DNA of 64,000 nucleotides from a virus (Duplodnaviria; Caudoviricetes). Below the pieces are notes generated by a model that saw only the letters and a program-made list of their open reading frames with translations, ran no database searches and was not told the DNA's origin. Position 1 is the stretch's first letter, and each line of letters begins with the position of its first letter. The position numbers and the translations under genes were made by a program. The stretch is taken from IMG/VR virus record IMGVR_UViG_3300049144_000095, positions 32,001 to 96,000 of that record; one strand, written 5' to 3'. Positions 10,955 to 19,903 of this stretch are shown piece by piece.

Positions 10955-11642
10955 CGAGCTTGTTCGCCCATTCCTGAGAAGCCGACAGCCCGGTGCCGAC
11001 GGACTCCATCAGGCGCATCAGTTCCGAGGAGATGAGCTTGCCCAGGAAGGCGTTCGCACCCTTCCGGGTCGGAGGCGGCACCTTACGGTTGTCGCGGTGC
11101 AGCACCATGCCCGAGCAGAAGTGCGCGATCTGAGCGGCCAGCATGAACCTGGTCCGGGCGGTGATGTGGTCGAGGTCATCCTCCTTGACACCCTTGAACT
11201 TCGGGTGCTCCTTGTAGAACTCCCGTGTCGCGTCACGGGTGACCGTCCCCAGCTCCTCCGGCGTCTTGACCTGGAAGGTGAGCGTGACAGCCGACTTGAA
11301 GATCTGGTCCTGAAGCTGGTCACGCCAGGCTTCCAGCTCCTTGACCCGCATGCCGAGAGCGTCGCGTCGCTCCACCAGGCCATCCAGCTCGGTGTCCACG
11401 AACGCGCTGGCCGACTGCTGGTTGCGTATCTCGATGCGCTTCTCCAGGCCGGTGACCTCTTGGGCCACCTCCTCCAGCTCCTCCAGCACGCGGGCGAGTT
11501 CCGCACCGCTTCGCTGGTCGAGATAGGCCGTGTGCTTGAACTCGGGGAAAGTCGACTCCCCCTCCAGCCACGCCTCGAAATCGAAGTTGTCCGGGCCGGG
11601 CTCCGGGGCGCCCGACTCGGTGGCGATGTCCTGCTCGGTCAT
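10824..11642 (-). CDS. Tail assembly chaperone
   Basis: Lies between tail tube and tape measure genes; ATG at 11642 with an upstream GGAAC purine tract; acidic and coiled-coil. Confidence 0.8.
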   Translation of the reverse strand: MTEQDIATESGAPEPGPDNFDFEAWLEGESTFPEFKHTAYLDQRSGAELARVLEELEEVAQEVTGLEKRIEIRNQQSASAFVDTELDGLVERRDALGMRVKELEAWRDQLQDQIFKSAVTLTFQVKTPEELGTVTRDATREFYKEHPKFKGVKEDDLDHITARTRFMLAAQIAHFCSGMVLHRDNRKVPPPTRKGANAFLGKLISSELMRLMESVGTGLSASQEWANKLDAGFPGGSPDVENVSLDQDGAERGEVLGSAAADDADRAPVGLG

Positions 11643-11673
11643 GCTCGTTCCGTCCCTTGGGTTGAGCGTTTCG

Positions 11674-12240
11674 TCAGCTACCGGTGCTGCCGACCTGAAC
11701 CAGGCCCTCGGAGGACTGGCCCTGCGGGTAGAAGGTCGGCTGAAGCTGAAGCGGAGCGGTGGCGTCGTTGACGACGTTCGGGTCACCCGAGAGGAACTTG
11801 AAGATCGTGACCCAGTCGTTGTTGGCCGCCTGCGGATCCCTCACCGGGTGCTTCGAAATCCGCTGTACGAGGTAGCCCGACCGCAGGGGCTTCTTGAACA
11901 GCCTCATCACGTCGTTGTAGATCGACGGGTCGAGCTTGTTCGGGTCGCGGTCCAGGAAGACGCTGAGCTGTCCCTCGTAGTTCTTGGCGGTCGGTGTCGC
12001 CACGTTCGAGTCGTCGCAGAGACCTCGGGTGTCATCCGTGTCGCGGTCCGTCCAGCCGAGCGTGATGTCGGTGGTCAGTGCGCACGAAATGTTCAGCCCG
12101 GCGTTGATCTCTGCGGCGGTCGGGTGGTCGAGGTCCGCAAACCCCTGACCGTACGTGCCTTCGTAACCCTCGGACGTCTGGTCCGACTCGTCCACCCACC
12201 AGATGGTAAGACTCGGTGGTAGACTTTTGACTGCTGCCAT
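11674..12240 (-). CDS. Major tail (tail tube) protein
   Basis: PTAAEINAGLNISCALT...DTDDTRGLCD...NYEG motif characteristic of actinophage tail tubes; start at 12240 after a GAGG RBS. Confidence 0.9.
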   Translation of the reverse strand: MAAVKSLPPSLTIWWVDESDQTSEGYEGTYGQGFADLDHPTAAEINAGLNISCALTTDITLGWTDRDTDDTRGLCDDSNVATPTAKNYEGQLSVFLDRDPNKLDPSIYNDVMRLFKKPLRSGYLVQRISKHPVRDPQAANNDWVTIFKFLSGDPNVVNDATAPLQLQPTFYPQGQSSEGLVQVGSTGS

Positions 12241-12297
12241 ATCGGTGTTTCCCTCCGGCCGGAAGGTGTGATCCTTCAGCCGGATCATAATGGGAAA

Positions 12298-12338
12298 GAC
12301 CCCCATTTGAGTGAGTGCCAGCCACTCAAATGGGGGTC
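12298..12338. terminator. Perfect 16-bp inverted repeat (hairpin) between the HNH and tail tube genes
   Basis: GACCCCCATTTGAGTG-agtgccagc-CACTCAAATGGGGGTC. Confidence 0.65.
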
Positions 12339-12366
12339 CAGGGAAGCGGGTTCTGCGAGTTCGTCG

Positions 12367-13392
12367 TCAATTCCGTGTCTGGGTATGGCTATTCATCCAG
12401 CGGATGATTTCCTCTCGAATGAAGAGAGATGGCTTGCCGACCCTGACTGGCCGAGGGAAGTCGGCCTTGCGCTTCCTGTAGGTCGGCAGGTAGGTACGTT
12501 CGATGCCGAGGATGTCGGCAACCTCGCCTGACGTGATGCAGCCCTCGCGCTTCACCCCAGGCGCTACCTCGACAGCCTCTCCTCCAGCACGTCTTGCATA
12601 GTTCCTCGCCGACTTTGCGTTCACGCAGATCCGGCACCGACGAACGTAGGAGACTTTGCCGTTCCGGGTGCGCTTCTCCAGGATGAGGTTGTCACCTTCG
12701 AGCTTGTGTCCGTCATCGCATCCATCGCGCTCGGCCTGATACTGACCCCGGCCTCGCACCCCCGTCTTTGGCTTATACGCCTCACGTCGGGCCGCCTTTA
12801 CCTCAGGACGTGCGTGGTACTCGCGGTTGTACGTCTGGCTGTAGGCTCGCTCGCAGGTCAAGCAGGTTCGCCATCCACTTTCACCGATCCGCGTGTTTTC
12901 TGGCGCGAACGCGTGACCTCTGTCGCAGTGCGTCTTCCGAGCGTTCTGAGCGGTGGGGCTGACGCCGCGCAGTGTGTTGACCTTCTGTGAAACTTGCTCC
13001 AGGTGCTCATGGTTCACACAGGGGCGAAACCGGCACAGGTGGTCGGTCTCGCGCTCAGGGTCTCGATCTCGACCGCCGACGATGACCCAGGCGTAGAGGT
13101 GCCCGAAGGCTGACCCGCCTTCAGTTTTCGACCAATCAGATCGGAACTGACTGTACCCCCAAGGGTTAAGCCCTCCGCCCCAGATGACGCAGTCCGGCTT
13201 GGCTCCGAAGATTCGCTGAACTTCCTTCGAGGGGTTCTTCAGAGTGTAGTAGTCGAACCGGGCAGCATCGCCAACTATGCGACTGCGCGGGATTCGGACG
13301 AGCTTTTTCCAGGCTACGAGATGGGCGGTGCACATTCCCCACGAAGAGGCGGCGTAAGCGCAATCACCCACCCAGCACGTCATGTTGGGCAT
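12367..13392 (-). CDS. Free-standing HNH homing endonuclease with Cys/His zinc-binding repeats and a C-terminal HTH
   Basis: DHLCRFRPCVNHEHLEQVSQKVN HNH core; KTHCDRGH...CLTC and CDDGH...CRIC repeats; C-terminal ITSGEVADILGI...FPRPVRVG (HTH_17/AlpA-like); GGAGG RBS before ATG at 13392. Confidence 0.9.
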   Translation of the reverse strand: MPNMTCWVGDCAYAASSWGMCTAHLVAWKKLVRIPRSRIVGDAARFDYYTLKNPSKEVQRIFGAKPDCVIWGGGLNPWGYSQFRSDWSKTEGGSAFGHLYAWVIVGGRDRDPERETDHLCRFRPCVNHEHLEQVSQKVNTLRGVSPTAQNARKTHCDRGHAFAPENTRIGESGWRTCLTCERAYSQTYNREYHARPEVKAARREAYKPKTGVRGRGQYQAERDGCDDGHKLEGDNLILEKRTRNGKVSYVRRCRICVNAKSARNYARRAGGEAVEVAPGVKREGCITSGEVADILGIERTYLPTYRKRKADFPRPVRVGKPSLFIREEIIRWMNSHTQTRN

Positions 13393-13502
13393 TTCCTCCC
13401 CCTTTCCATGAGTTTCGACGCTAATGGAGAGGGGTGCCATAAGTCAACCAATCATCACTTTCCCTTACCATTTGGTGGGTGGATGCATGTCGCCAAGCCG
13501 CT

Positions 13503-13985
13503 TCACGATCCGACGTCGCTGAACTTGCTCACGTTCACCACACCCTTGTAGCCGACGGCGAGATAGAACCGCAGGGTGTCCCCGATGCCGACGGGATACG
13601 GGTCGCGCACAGTGCCGGATCCCGCCTCCGACAGCTCACCCTGGTCGAGCGGAGCGTAGCCGTGAAGCAGGTCGCGGACCGCCTGGGAGAGCTGAAGGAG
13701 AGCCAGTCCCGAGGGGGCGACCGCCTGCACGATGAAGGCCGCCTGCTTCGTGGTCTCACCGTCTCCCGCCAGCCCGCAGAGGTCGGCAACGGTGATGCGC
13801 CCGCCGAACCCCGAAAGGTCAAATGCCTGGCCGAACCAGAGGATGACTGTCGGCTTGTACAGACCAGAGGGGTCCGGAGTGATCTCGTTGCTCTCGCCGA
13901 TACCTTCGAGGTAGACGGGGGTGTTCGGCAGTCCGAGGTCCACCCGGCGGTAGATGTCGAGTTGCCAGTCCAGAAGGGAGACCAC
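13503..13985 (-). CDS. Tail terminator protein
   Basis: 160 aa in the canonical position upstream of the tail tube gene; YKPTVILWFG...VRDLLHGYAP. Confidence 0.7.
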   Translation of the reverse strand: MVSLLDWQLDIYRRVDLGLPNTPVYLEGIGESNEITPDPSGLYKPTVILWFGQAFDLSGFGGRITVADLCGLAGDGETTKQAAFIVQAVAPSGLALLQLSQAVRDLLHGYAPLDQGELSEAGSGTVRDPYPVGIGDTLRFYLAVGYKGVVNVSKFSDVGS

Positions 13986-13986
13986 C

Positions 13987-14349
13987 TCAGGCCTCCTTGC
14001 CTATGAGGTCCGCCAGAGCCTGCGGCCAGGACGTGAAACGCACCGCCCGATCGTCGAGGTAGCTCGTCGCGGGAAGCTTCCGGTTGGTCACCAGCAGAAC
14101 GCCCCGCTGGTTCCAGAAGTCCCAGACGTAGCTCGGGGGCCCGTCAACGGTCACATGGAAGCCGTGCTCCCTCAGCCAGGAAGCCACCTGCCACTTGTCG
14201 CGGCTGGTGAGGATGAACACGGCCTCCTCGATCATCAGCGACTTCAGTCCTTCGAGGGCACCCTCCACTGGTTCGTCGTAGATGGAGCCGTCGTGCCAGC
14301 CGCGTGAGTAGCGGTGCACGACCCCGTCGAAGTCCACTGCGATCGTCAT
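13987..14349 (-). CDS. HAD-superfamily phosphatase
   Basis: N-terminal TIAVDFDGVVH (DxDG), ILTSR motif II, K...YLDDRA motifs III/IV. Confidence 0.8.
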   Translation of the reverse strand: MTIAVDFDGVVHRYSRGWHDGSIYDEPVEGALEGLKSLMIEEAVFILTSRDKWQVASWLREHGFHVTVDGPPSYVWDFWNQRGVLLVTNRKLPATSYLDDRAVRFTSWPQALADLIGKEA

Positions 14350-14930
14350 GCTGCACTCCGTTCGCCGTGCGGTACGCGTGCCAGTTCGCGCATCCGGACC
14401 AGCCGCTTGTCGCTGACGCCGAAAGGGCGGTAGTGCAGACACCGAGCACAGCGCCCGCAGTCGCTGTTCGCCAGGACGGGGTGCTCGCACGTGCAGGCTG
14501 CGTGAGCCCTCTCGATCGCCGAGCAGTCTCCGTGGAACAGGCCCGCCTCTCCGCGCCACCACGGCCCGCGTGACCCGTGCCAGGAGTGCGAGACGTTCAC
14601 GGGGTCGCCCTTGCGGTCGCGCCCCTGGCACCAGGCGCACCGGGTCAGCAGGCGGCGCCGCAGAAGCTGGAGGGGGCGGATCTGGATACGCCAGTGGTGG
14701 AGGTGCAGTTTCCATCGCTTGCCCCGGCAGGTGACGTCGTCATGGCCCGAAGGGTCCCGGTGCCACACCGTGATCATGCCGGGCCAGTACAGGCCTCTCC
14801 CGGCCACGGTCCAGTAGGCACCTCTGAAGTCCCACCGGATGCCCTGCTTCAGGGCCACGCCGGTCTTCCAGGCGCTGCGACGGGGCCAGGGACGGGGGAT
14901 CTCCACCACCACGGTAAGGGGATCGTGCAT
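14346..14930 (-). CDS. Hypothetical Trp/Cys/His-rich phage protein
   Basis: 194-aa ORF overlapping both neighbours at start/stop codons; several CxxC/CxC motifs. Confidence 0.65.
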   Translation of the reverse strand: MHDPLTVVVEIPRPWPRRSAWKTGVALKQGIRWDFRGAYWTVAGRGLYWPGMITVWHRDPSGHDDVTCRGKRWKLHLHHWRIQIRPLQLLRRRLLTRCAWCQGRDRKGDPVNVSHSWHGSRGPWWRGEAGLFHGDCSAIERAHAACTCEHPVLANSDCGRCARCLHYRPFGVSDKRLVRMRELARVPHGERSAA

Positions 14931-15343
14931 CAGCGGCCCCCCAGGCGTGCGGAGAGTTCCGCCGTCACGGAGTTGAAGGCGTCGAACACGGCCATCATGG
15001 GCGTGATGCCGGTCCTGGTGCCGAACTCCTGGAACGGGGCGTAGAAGGGGTTCCCGTACTCCCAGCCGAAGGAGATCTTCAGGATGTCCGTACCGAAGTC
15101 TCCGGTCCCGGTGACGGAAGCCTTCATCTGGCCGGTGTCGACACGGGACTTGGCGCGCACCATCCCCTCACCCCGCCGACGGGCATTCGACAGGTCGAGC
15201 ACCAGCCGCTGGCGCGACTTGTTCAAGTGGTCGACAACGAAAGCCGACAGGCCGATATCGAAAGCACCGCCAGGCGTGCCTCCGCCGTAGTACCGCTGCG
15301 CACCGCCGAACCGGTAGTTGTACTTGATGCCGATGTAGGCCAT
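14930..15343 (-). CDS. HK97 gp10-like neck/tail-completion protein
   Basis: SRVDTGQMKASV...YAPFQEFGTRTGITPM matches the VDTG.L..S...YA.Y.EFGT signature. Confidence 0.8.
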   Translation of the reverse strand: MAYIGIKYNYRFGGAQRYYGGGTPGGAFDIGLSAFVVDHLNKSRQRLVLDLSNARRRGEGMVRAKSRVDTGQMKASVTGTGDFGTDILKISFGWEYGNPFYAPFQEFGTRTGITPMMAVFDAFNSVTAELSARLGGR

Positions 15344-15352
15344 CCCAACCTC

Positions 15353-16201
15353 CTACGCCTGGAGAGCCGCGCCCAGGGCTTCCTCTTCCGGAGCGGTGGG
15401 CAGGTTTTCTTCGAGGTCTATCACCTCATGATCCTTCAGTTCTCCGGCGAGAGCGTTCATTTCTTCCGACCGCATCGCGAGGATGCGGGCCGAACGCTGC
15501 TCCACCGTGCCTTCCGTGAGCTGAGTCCCCGGCCTGTTGTACCCGTGGAACCCGGCGTGGAAGGCGCGCGGGCGCGTCGTGTAGACGGTCTTCGCTCCCA
15601 TGGATTCGCGAATGCGGTTGATCAGGCCGTCCTGTTCGGCATGGCCCGCCGGAATGATGCTTCCGGGGAACATCCGCTGGCAGTACCGGACCATGTCGCC
15701 GTAGTACCCGGGCCCGTCGTGCGCCGTGATCCTGTCGGCCACGTCACGGCGCATGGAAACCCCCAGCGACTGATACGAGGGGTGGAGGTAGGCGGCCTCG
15801 CTTCTCGGCCTGATCTGGTTCTGGTTGCGGCAGGCGCTCACCGCGAAAGCCGAGGGGGCTATCCGGTGCATGGCTTCGTGGTACCTGAAGTACCCCCGCG
15901 CGACCAGGACATCGTCCTCGACGATGTGGAGCAGAGACCAGGGCAGGCGCATGCAGTCGCGGATGCCGGACATGACGTTGTAGGAATTGCCCCGGTATGG
16001 GTGATCGTGCATTTCCCGGAGGTAGATGGACGTGAAGCGCCGGGAGAACTTCTCCGCGACAGTCCTGCATTCCGGGTCGTAGGAACGGTCGAGGCTCACC
16101 ACGACAGACACCCCGTCAGGAGCTGCCTGCTCAAGGCACGTCAAGCAGGCATGCAGCATGTCGGGCCTGCGCCAAGCGGGGATGAGAACGACATGCTTCA
16201 T
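15353..16201 (-). CDS. Glycosyltransferase, GT-A fold (GT2-like)
   Basis: N-terminal VVLIPAWRRPDMLHACLTCL and HIVEDDVLV DxD-type motif. Confidence 0.8.
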   Translation of the reverse strand: MKHVVLIPAWRRPDMLHACLTCLEQAAPDGVSVVVSLDRSYDPECRTVAEKFSRRFTSIYLREMHDHPYRGNSYNVMSGIRDCMRLPWSLLHIVEDDVLVARGYFRYHEAMHRIAPSAFAVSACRNQNQIRPRSEAAYLHPSYQSLGVSMRRDVADRITAHDGPGYYGDMVRYCQRMFPGSIIPAGHAEQDGLINRIRESMGAKTVYTTRPRAFHAGFHGYNRPGTQLTEGTVEQRSARILAMRSEEMNALAGELKDHEVIDLEENLPTAPEEEALGAALQA

Positions 16202-16202
16202 G

Positions 16203-16553
16203 TCAGTCCACCTTCGGTAGGGCGTGGAACGAGCCGTCTGCCGCGAAGACGGCCTTGATGTCAGCCAGTGGCACGTCGGTCAGCGATAGCCAGCAATCCC
16301 GGCACGGGGTGCCGTCCTCTGGCACAGGTTTGCCGCAATATCGGCACGGGGTGCCAGGTTCCTCCACGGGGCGGCCGCACGGGCTGGCATGGTCCGGATG
16401 ATCGGGGAAGCGGCACTCCTCGCGCCCGCCGGAAGCGCACGACCGGCACACGCCCGGGGTAATCCGGTCCAGCCAGGCCGGATGGAACACCTCGCCACAG
16501 AAGGAGCACGAGAACGGCACCCCGTGGCCAGTTCCAGGTCGGGTCATGGGCAC
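16203..16553 (-). CDS. Cys-rich zinc-binding hypothetical protein
   Basis: 116 aa with CSFC, CRSC, CRYC and CRDC motifs; coupled in the operon. Confidence 0.55.
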   Translation of the reverse strand: MPMTRPGTGHGVPFSCSFCGEVFHPAWLDRITPGVCRSCASGGREECRFPDHPDHASPCGRPVEEPGTPCRYCGKPVPEDGTPCRDCWLSLTDVPLADIKAVFAADGSFHALPKVD

Positions 16554-17449
16554 TGCACCAGCTTCAGGGCCACGTTACGAAACTCGGCGTTCCGCTTCAG
16601 CAGATGCTCCCTGGCGGCTTGGCCGACCTCACGCCTCCGGTGGGGAGTCAGTGCCGCCGCACGCTGCACCGCATCGATGATCAGCCCGGGGTCCGTGTAG
16701 GTCTGAAGGGCCTGGTGATGGCTTCGGGTTTTCGTCACTCCGAGCAGATAGCCCCACTCCGGCCGGATGTGCTCGTTCATCGGCGAGGCATCCGTTGTGA
16801 TCACAACTGCTCCGACGGACATGGCCTCGGTGATGTAGTGCCCCCAGCCTTCAGCGACTGAGGGGCAAAGGTGGATCTCGTGTTCGTTCATCAGGCGGTC
16901 CAGCTCCCGCCCGGTAGGCGAGATGACGACAGAGATGTGATCCGGTACGCGAACCGGCTCCTTCGAGACGATGGTCAACGGCGGGAGATCCGGATTCCGG
17001 CGCCACGCCTCGACCACTTCTTCGGTGCCCTTCATCTGCGACTTCCCGCGTACGTGAAGGCACTTCAGTTCCCTTGGAACCGCTGGGTCCATCCGGTCGC
17101 AGCCGAGGAACCCCGTGAGGCGCACGTCGCGGGCTCCCCGCTGACGGCAGAACTGTGCAGCGTATGAACTCTTCGCCCATATCTGGTCAAAGGCGGGCAA
17201 GTACTTCAGCCACTCGGTGGGGTACCACTCCAGGTTCAGCACGGCAATGTTCCGGTCGGCGCACTTGGCCAGGTTCCGGCTGACAAGCTCCAGGTGAAAG
17301 GCGACATCGGCGTGGTCCATCACGTCCGACTGCCAGTCCTCGAAGGAGACTTCATGTCCCGCCGACGTGAAAAGGTCCGTCAGCAGCTTCGCATCCAGTG
17401 ACAGGCCGACACCGTTATCCCGGCTGATGAGGGCAATTTTCAGCCCCAC
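16544..17449 (-). CDS. Glycosyltransferase, GT-B fold (GT4-like)
   Basis: HVRGKSQMKGT and HLCPSVAEGWGHYITEAMSVGAVVITTDASPMNE match the GT4 PS..EGFG....EAM..G.PV signature. Confidence 0.9.
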   Translation of the reverse strand: MGLKIALISRDNGVGLSLDAKLLTDLFTSAGHEVSFEDWQSDVMDHADVAFHLELVSRNLAKCADRNIAVLNLEWYPTEWLKYLPAFDQIWAKSSYAAQFCRQRGARDVRLTGFLGCDRMDPAVPRELKCLHVRGKSQMKGTEEVVEAWRRNPDLPPLTIVSKEPVRVPDHISVVISPTGRELDRLMNEHEIHLCPSVAEGWGHYITEAMSVGAVVITTDASPMNEHIRPEWGYLLGVTKTRSHHQALQTYTDPGLIIDAVQRAAALTPHRRREVGQAAREHLLKRNAEFRNVALKLVQCP

Positions 17450-17468
17450 GTTCCCCCACCTTCCCCCG

Positions 17469-18038
17469 TCAGGGTCCCGTGACCTCGGGATTCCAGACAA
17501 TCGGCTGCATCGAATACGGCTCTGGCAAAGTCTGCGGATGGCCCGCGTCCACGTCGCACAGGAGATTCCGCAGCCATGCGTTCGAGGACATCAGCGGGTT
17601 GCGCACATGAAGAAGATAGTGGCCAAGTTCTGGATCGCCCATGACAAGGTGACCGAGATCGGGGTCGTCCGGGTCCGGGGTGAAAGGCCTGACCAGGTCA
17701 TTGGCATGGATGGGCGGGCACTCGCGGATGGGCGTCTGAACCCGGATAGCGTGATCGGTGCCCATGTCGCCGCGCTGGGTCCTGACGCGCGCACGCCAGT
17801 CCTTGTTGTTCGCCAGCCGGGCTCGGCCCCGGTACAGGAGGACCAGCTCTGGATACTTCTCGCCGCCTTGCCCGTCCGGAATCGTCAGGCCGCCGGTGAC
17901 GGGATCAAAACCGTACTCATTACCTCGACTTGGTCTGCGGAATATCTCCACGGCGGCGTTCATGTGCCCGCGAGGAACCGACCGCTGATGCCATGCCCAG
18001 CGTGGATCCAGGGCCGTCCGCCTGTTGAGTGCAGCCAT
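17469..18038 (-). CDS. Head-to-tail stopper (DUF6093-like)
   Basis: ALDPRWAWHQRSVPRGHMNAAVEIFR...LYRGRARL; directly follows the adaptor gene. Confidence 0.75.
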   Translation of the reverse strand: MAALNRRTALDPRWAWHQRSVPRGHMNAAVEIFRRPSRGNEYGFDPVTGGLTIPDGQGGEKYPELVLLYRGRARLANNKDWRARVRTQRGDMGTDHAIRVQTPIRECPPIHANDLVRPFTPDPDDPDLGHLVMGDPELGHYLLHVRNPLMSSNAWLRNLLCDVDAGHPQTLPEPYSMQPIVWNPEVTGP

Positions 18039-18092
18039 GCACCCATTCTGCACGCAGATCTGGACAGAGATTGCTGTGGATTTCGATTCGGT

Positions 18093-18578
18093 TTACAGCC
18101 ACCTGCCCACGGTGCTTCGACCTCCGGGCGTCTCCCAGGCCGGAAAACCGTGCAGGGTGTAGGAGAACCCGTCCACCGGCACCGGCTGGAAGTCGACGAT
18201 CATCATTCCCTCGGCTTCCTCCTCGACCGCTTCCGCCCGGTCCTCAAGGGCCTTGGCTCCAGATAGAAGCGCCGAGGCCAGCTTCGCGCCGTCGGTCTGA
18301 AGATCCTCGGTCCGGATCACCTTCTGGATCAGGGCTTCGGATACCGCAAGAGCCCTCAGTGCCGATGCAGCCGCACGGTAGAGGCGCGCAACGCCCTCAC
18401 CCTGAGCAATCTCATAGAGGCGCTGGAGGTGAAGGTCGGAGAACATGTACTCCGCATTGCCCTCACCGGCGTAGTCCACTTGCTCCACGTCGGGGATGAG
18501 GGCCCGGATGGTGCCGACCGTCGTGGAGAGGTCCGGCGGGTAGACGTCCTGCCGAGCGGTGGTTCCGATGGCGGCCAT
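18093..18578 (-). CDS. Head-to-tail adaptor
   Basis: PPDLSTTVGTIRALIPD...YMFSD...KVIRTEDLQTDGAKLA is a typical actinophage adaptor signature; GGAGGG RBS. Confidence 0.8.
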   Translation of the reverse strand: MAAIGTTARQDVYPPDLSTTVGTIRALIPDVEQVDYAGEGNAEYMFSDLHLQRLYEIAQGEGVARLYRAAASALRALAVSEALIQKVIRTEDLQTDGAKLASALLSGAKALEDRAEAVEEEAEGMMIVDFQPVPVDGFSYTLHGFPAWETPGGRSTVGRWL

Positions 18579-18667
18579 TGCGTCACCCTCCCTGGATCGA
18601 CACGCAGCGGGCCTTTCGGAGATCACTCTAGGCGTCTCGCAGCGCCCACTGAAGGTGTGTCCGATTT

Positions 18668-18762
18668 GGTAATTATGCACTAATTAACGGTAATTAATAC
18701 CCTCCACTGGTATCAGGCATCCTGACCTGGGCGGATGCCAGCCGCGACGTTCGGCATCCTGA
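18668..18762. promoter_or_regulatory. AT-rich regulatory region upstream of the connector/tail operon
   Basis: TAATTA at 18670, 18681 and 18691; GGCATCC direct and inverted copies at 18716, 18733 and 18753. Confidence 0.5.
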
Positions 18763-19299
18763 GGTCGAACAAGGGCTTGCTCATTTATAGCAAACCTTTT
18801 CATGAGTGAAATGGGTTATCGCAGCAGGTCAAGCCAGTAGGTGCTCAAGCCCTGGCAATGCATGTCGAACCCCCTTGCACATGGATCGACAAGGAAGGGT
18901 ATCTGGTGTCCCCTTTGGGTCGATTTGAGAGTTCTCGGAATGGCATCCAACTCTCGGAAAAAACAGAGATGCATCAGGGGTGACCTGCTGCCACCCGGAC
19001 CTAAGAACAAGAGATAGTCCTCATCGCCGTTGTCCTCTACCGGTAGTAGGGGGCGTGGCGCCGCGAACTGAGGAGGCAATCGCTTCGCTCGGGTACCAGT
19101 GGGGGCTGAGCCAAGTCTGTGTCTGCGGCCACGGGGTGCTGAACGCGCGCCTGAAGCGTCCCGTAGTCATCGGTGGGGGTGCGGGCGGACGTGAGTGCTG
19201 CGAGGACCGCACAGGGCCGCACAGGGCTTCCCGGGCCACGCATCGAGGGTTGCGTGCCTCATGCCGAAGAGGGAGACTCGTTCCAGGAAAGGAGAAGGC

Positions 19300-19656
19300 A
19301 TGCACTTGACTACGGAACGGGTCCTTTCCGCCGCCCGGATGCCCGGCCTGTCGCACGGGGCGTTCCGTCTCTACGTCATCCTGGCCGGAGCTGCGGCTCA
19401 GCGGAGCGCCGAGGGTGACTACTTCCCCGTGACGCTCAAGGGCCTGCTGCGGCTGCACCCGGGCATTGCCGGACGCTGCGCCGGGACGACCACCGTCTTG
19501 AAGCAGATGGCCGAGCTTCAGCGCAGGGGGCTGATCCTGATGGACTCCGCGCTACACCGTAACGAGCCGGAACTTCCAGTTCGCGTGAAGGTACTGGAGG
19601 CCGGGTTTTCCGAGGAGTTCCAGATCGCCCTGGCGGACATGGTCTGCCTTCAGTGA
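19300..19656 (+). CDS. Putative winged-helix DNA-binding protein
   Basis: AAAGGAG RBS; LSHGAFRLYVIL...TTVLKQMAELQRRGLI wHTH-like pattern. Confidence 0.6.
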   Translation: MHLTTERVLSAARMPGLSHGAFRLYVILAGAAAQRSAEGDYFPVTLKGLLRLHPGIAGRCAGTTTVLKQMAELQRRGLILMDSALHRNEPELPVRVKVLEAGFSEEFQIALADMVCLQ

Positions 19657-19903
19657 CGTTGCGACTACTCAGCGAACGACCTTGTGGCGTCCCTTAGTTC
19701 ACTTGTAAGCGTGGTGTATTCTCCGGCCGTTCGCACCTGCCGGATACGAAGGGAAGAGTGGATGGTGATGGCGACCGGACCGGAAGCTGGATGTCCGGAG
19801 TAGAGCAGGCCCGGAGCGGCGGCAAGATTCTAGCGCGCTCGTAGCTATTACCTCCCTCGGAAAGGAGAGCGGATGAACGCAGTTCATTCGCAGTGATTGC
19901 ACT

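Noticed and set aside
13987-14715. 242-aa version of the HAD ORF
   Set aside because: The upstream part overlaps 14346..14930; the HAD motif begins right after the ATG at 14349
18723-18734. TGACCTGGGCGG as another CCTAGG-family box
   Set aside because: Two mismatches, including one in the invariant core
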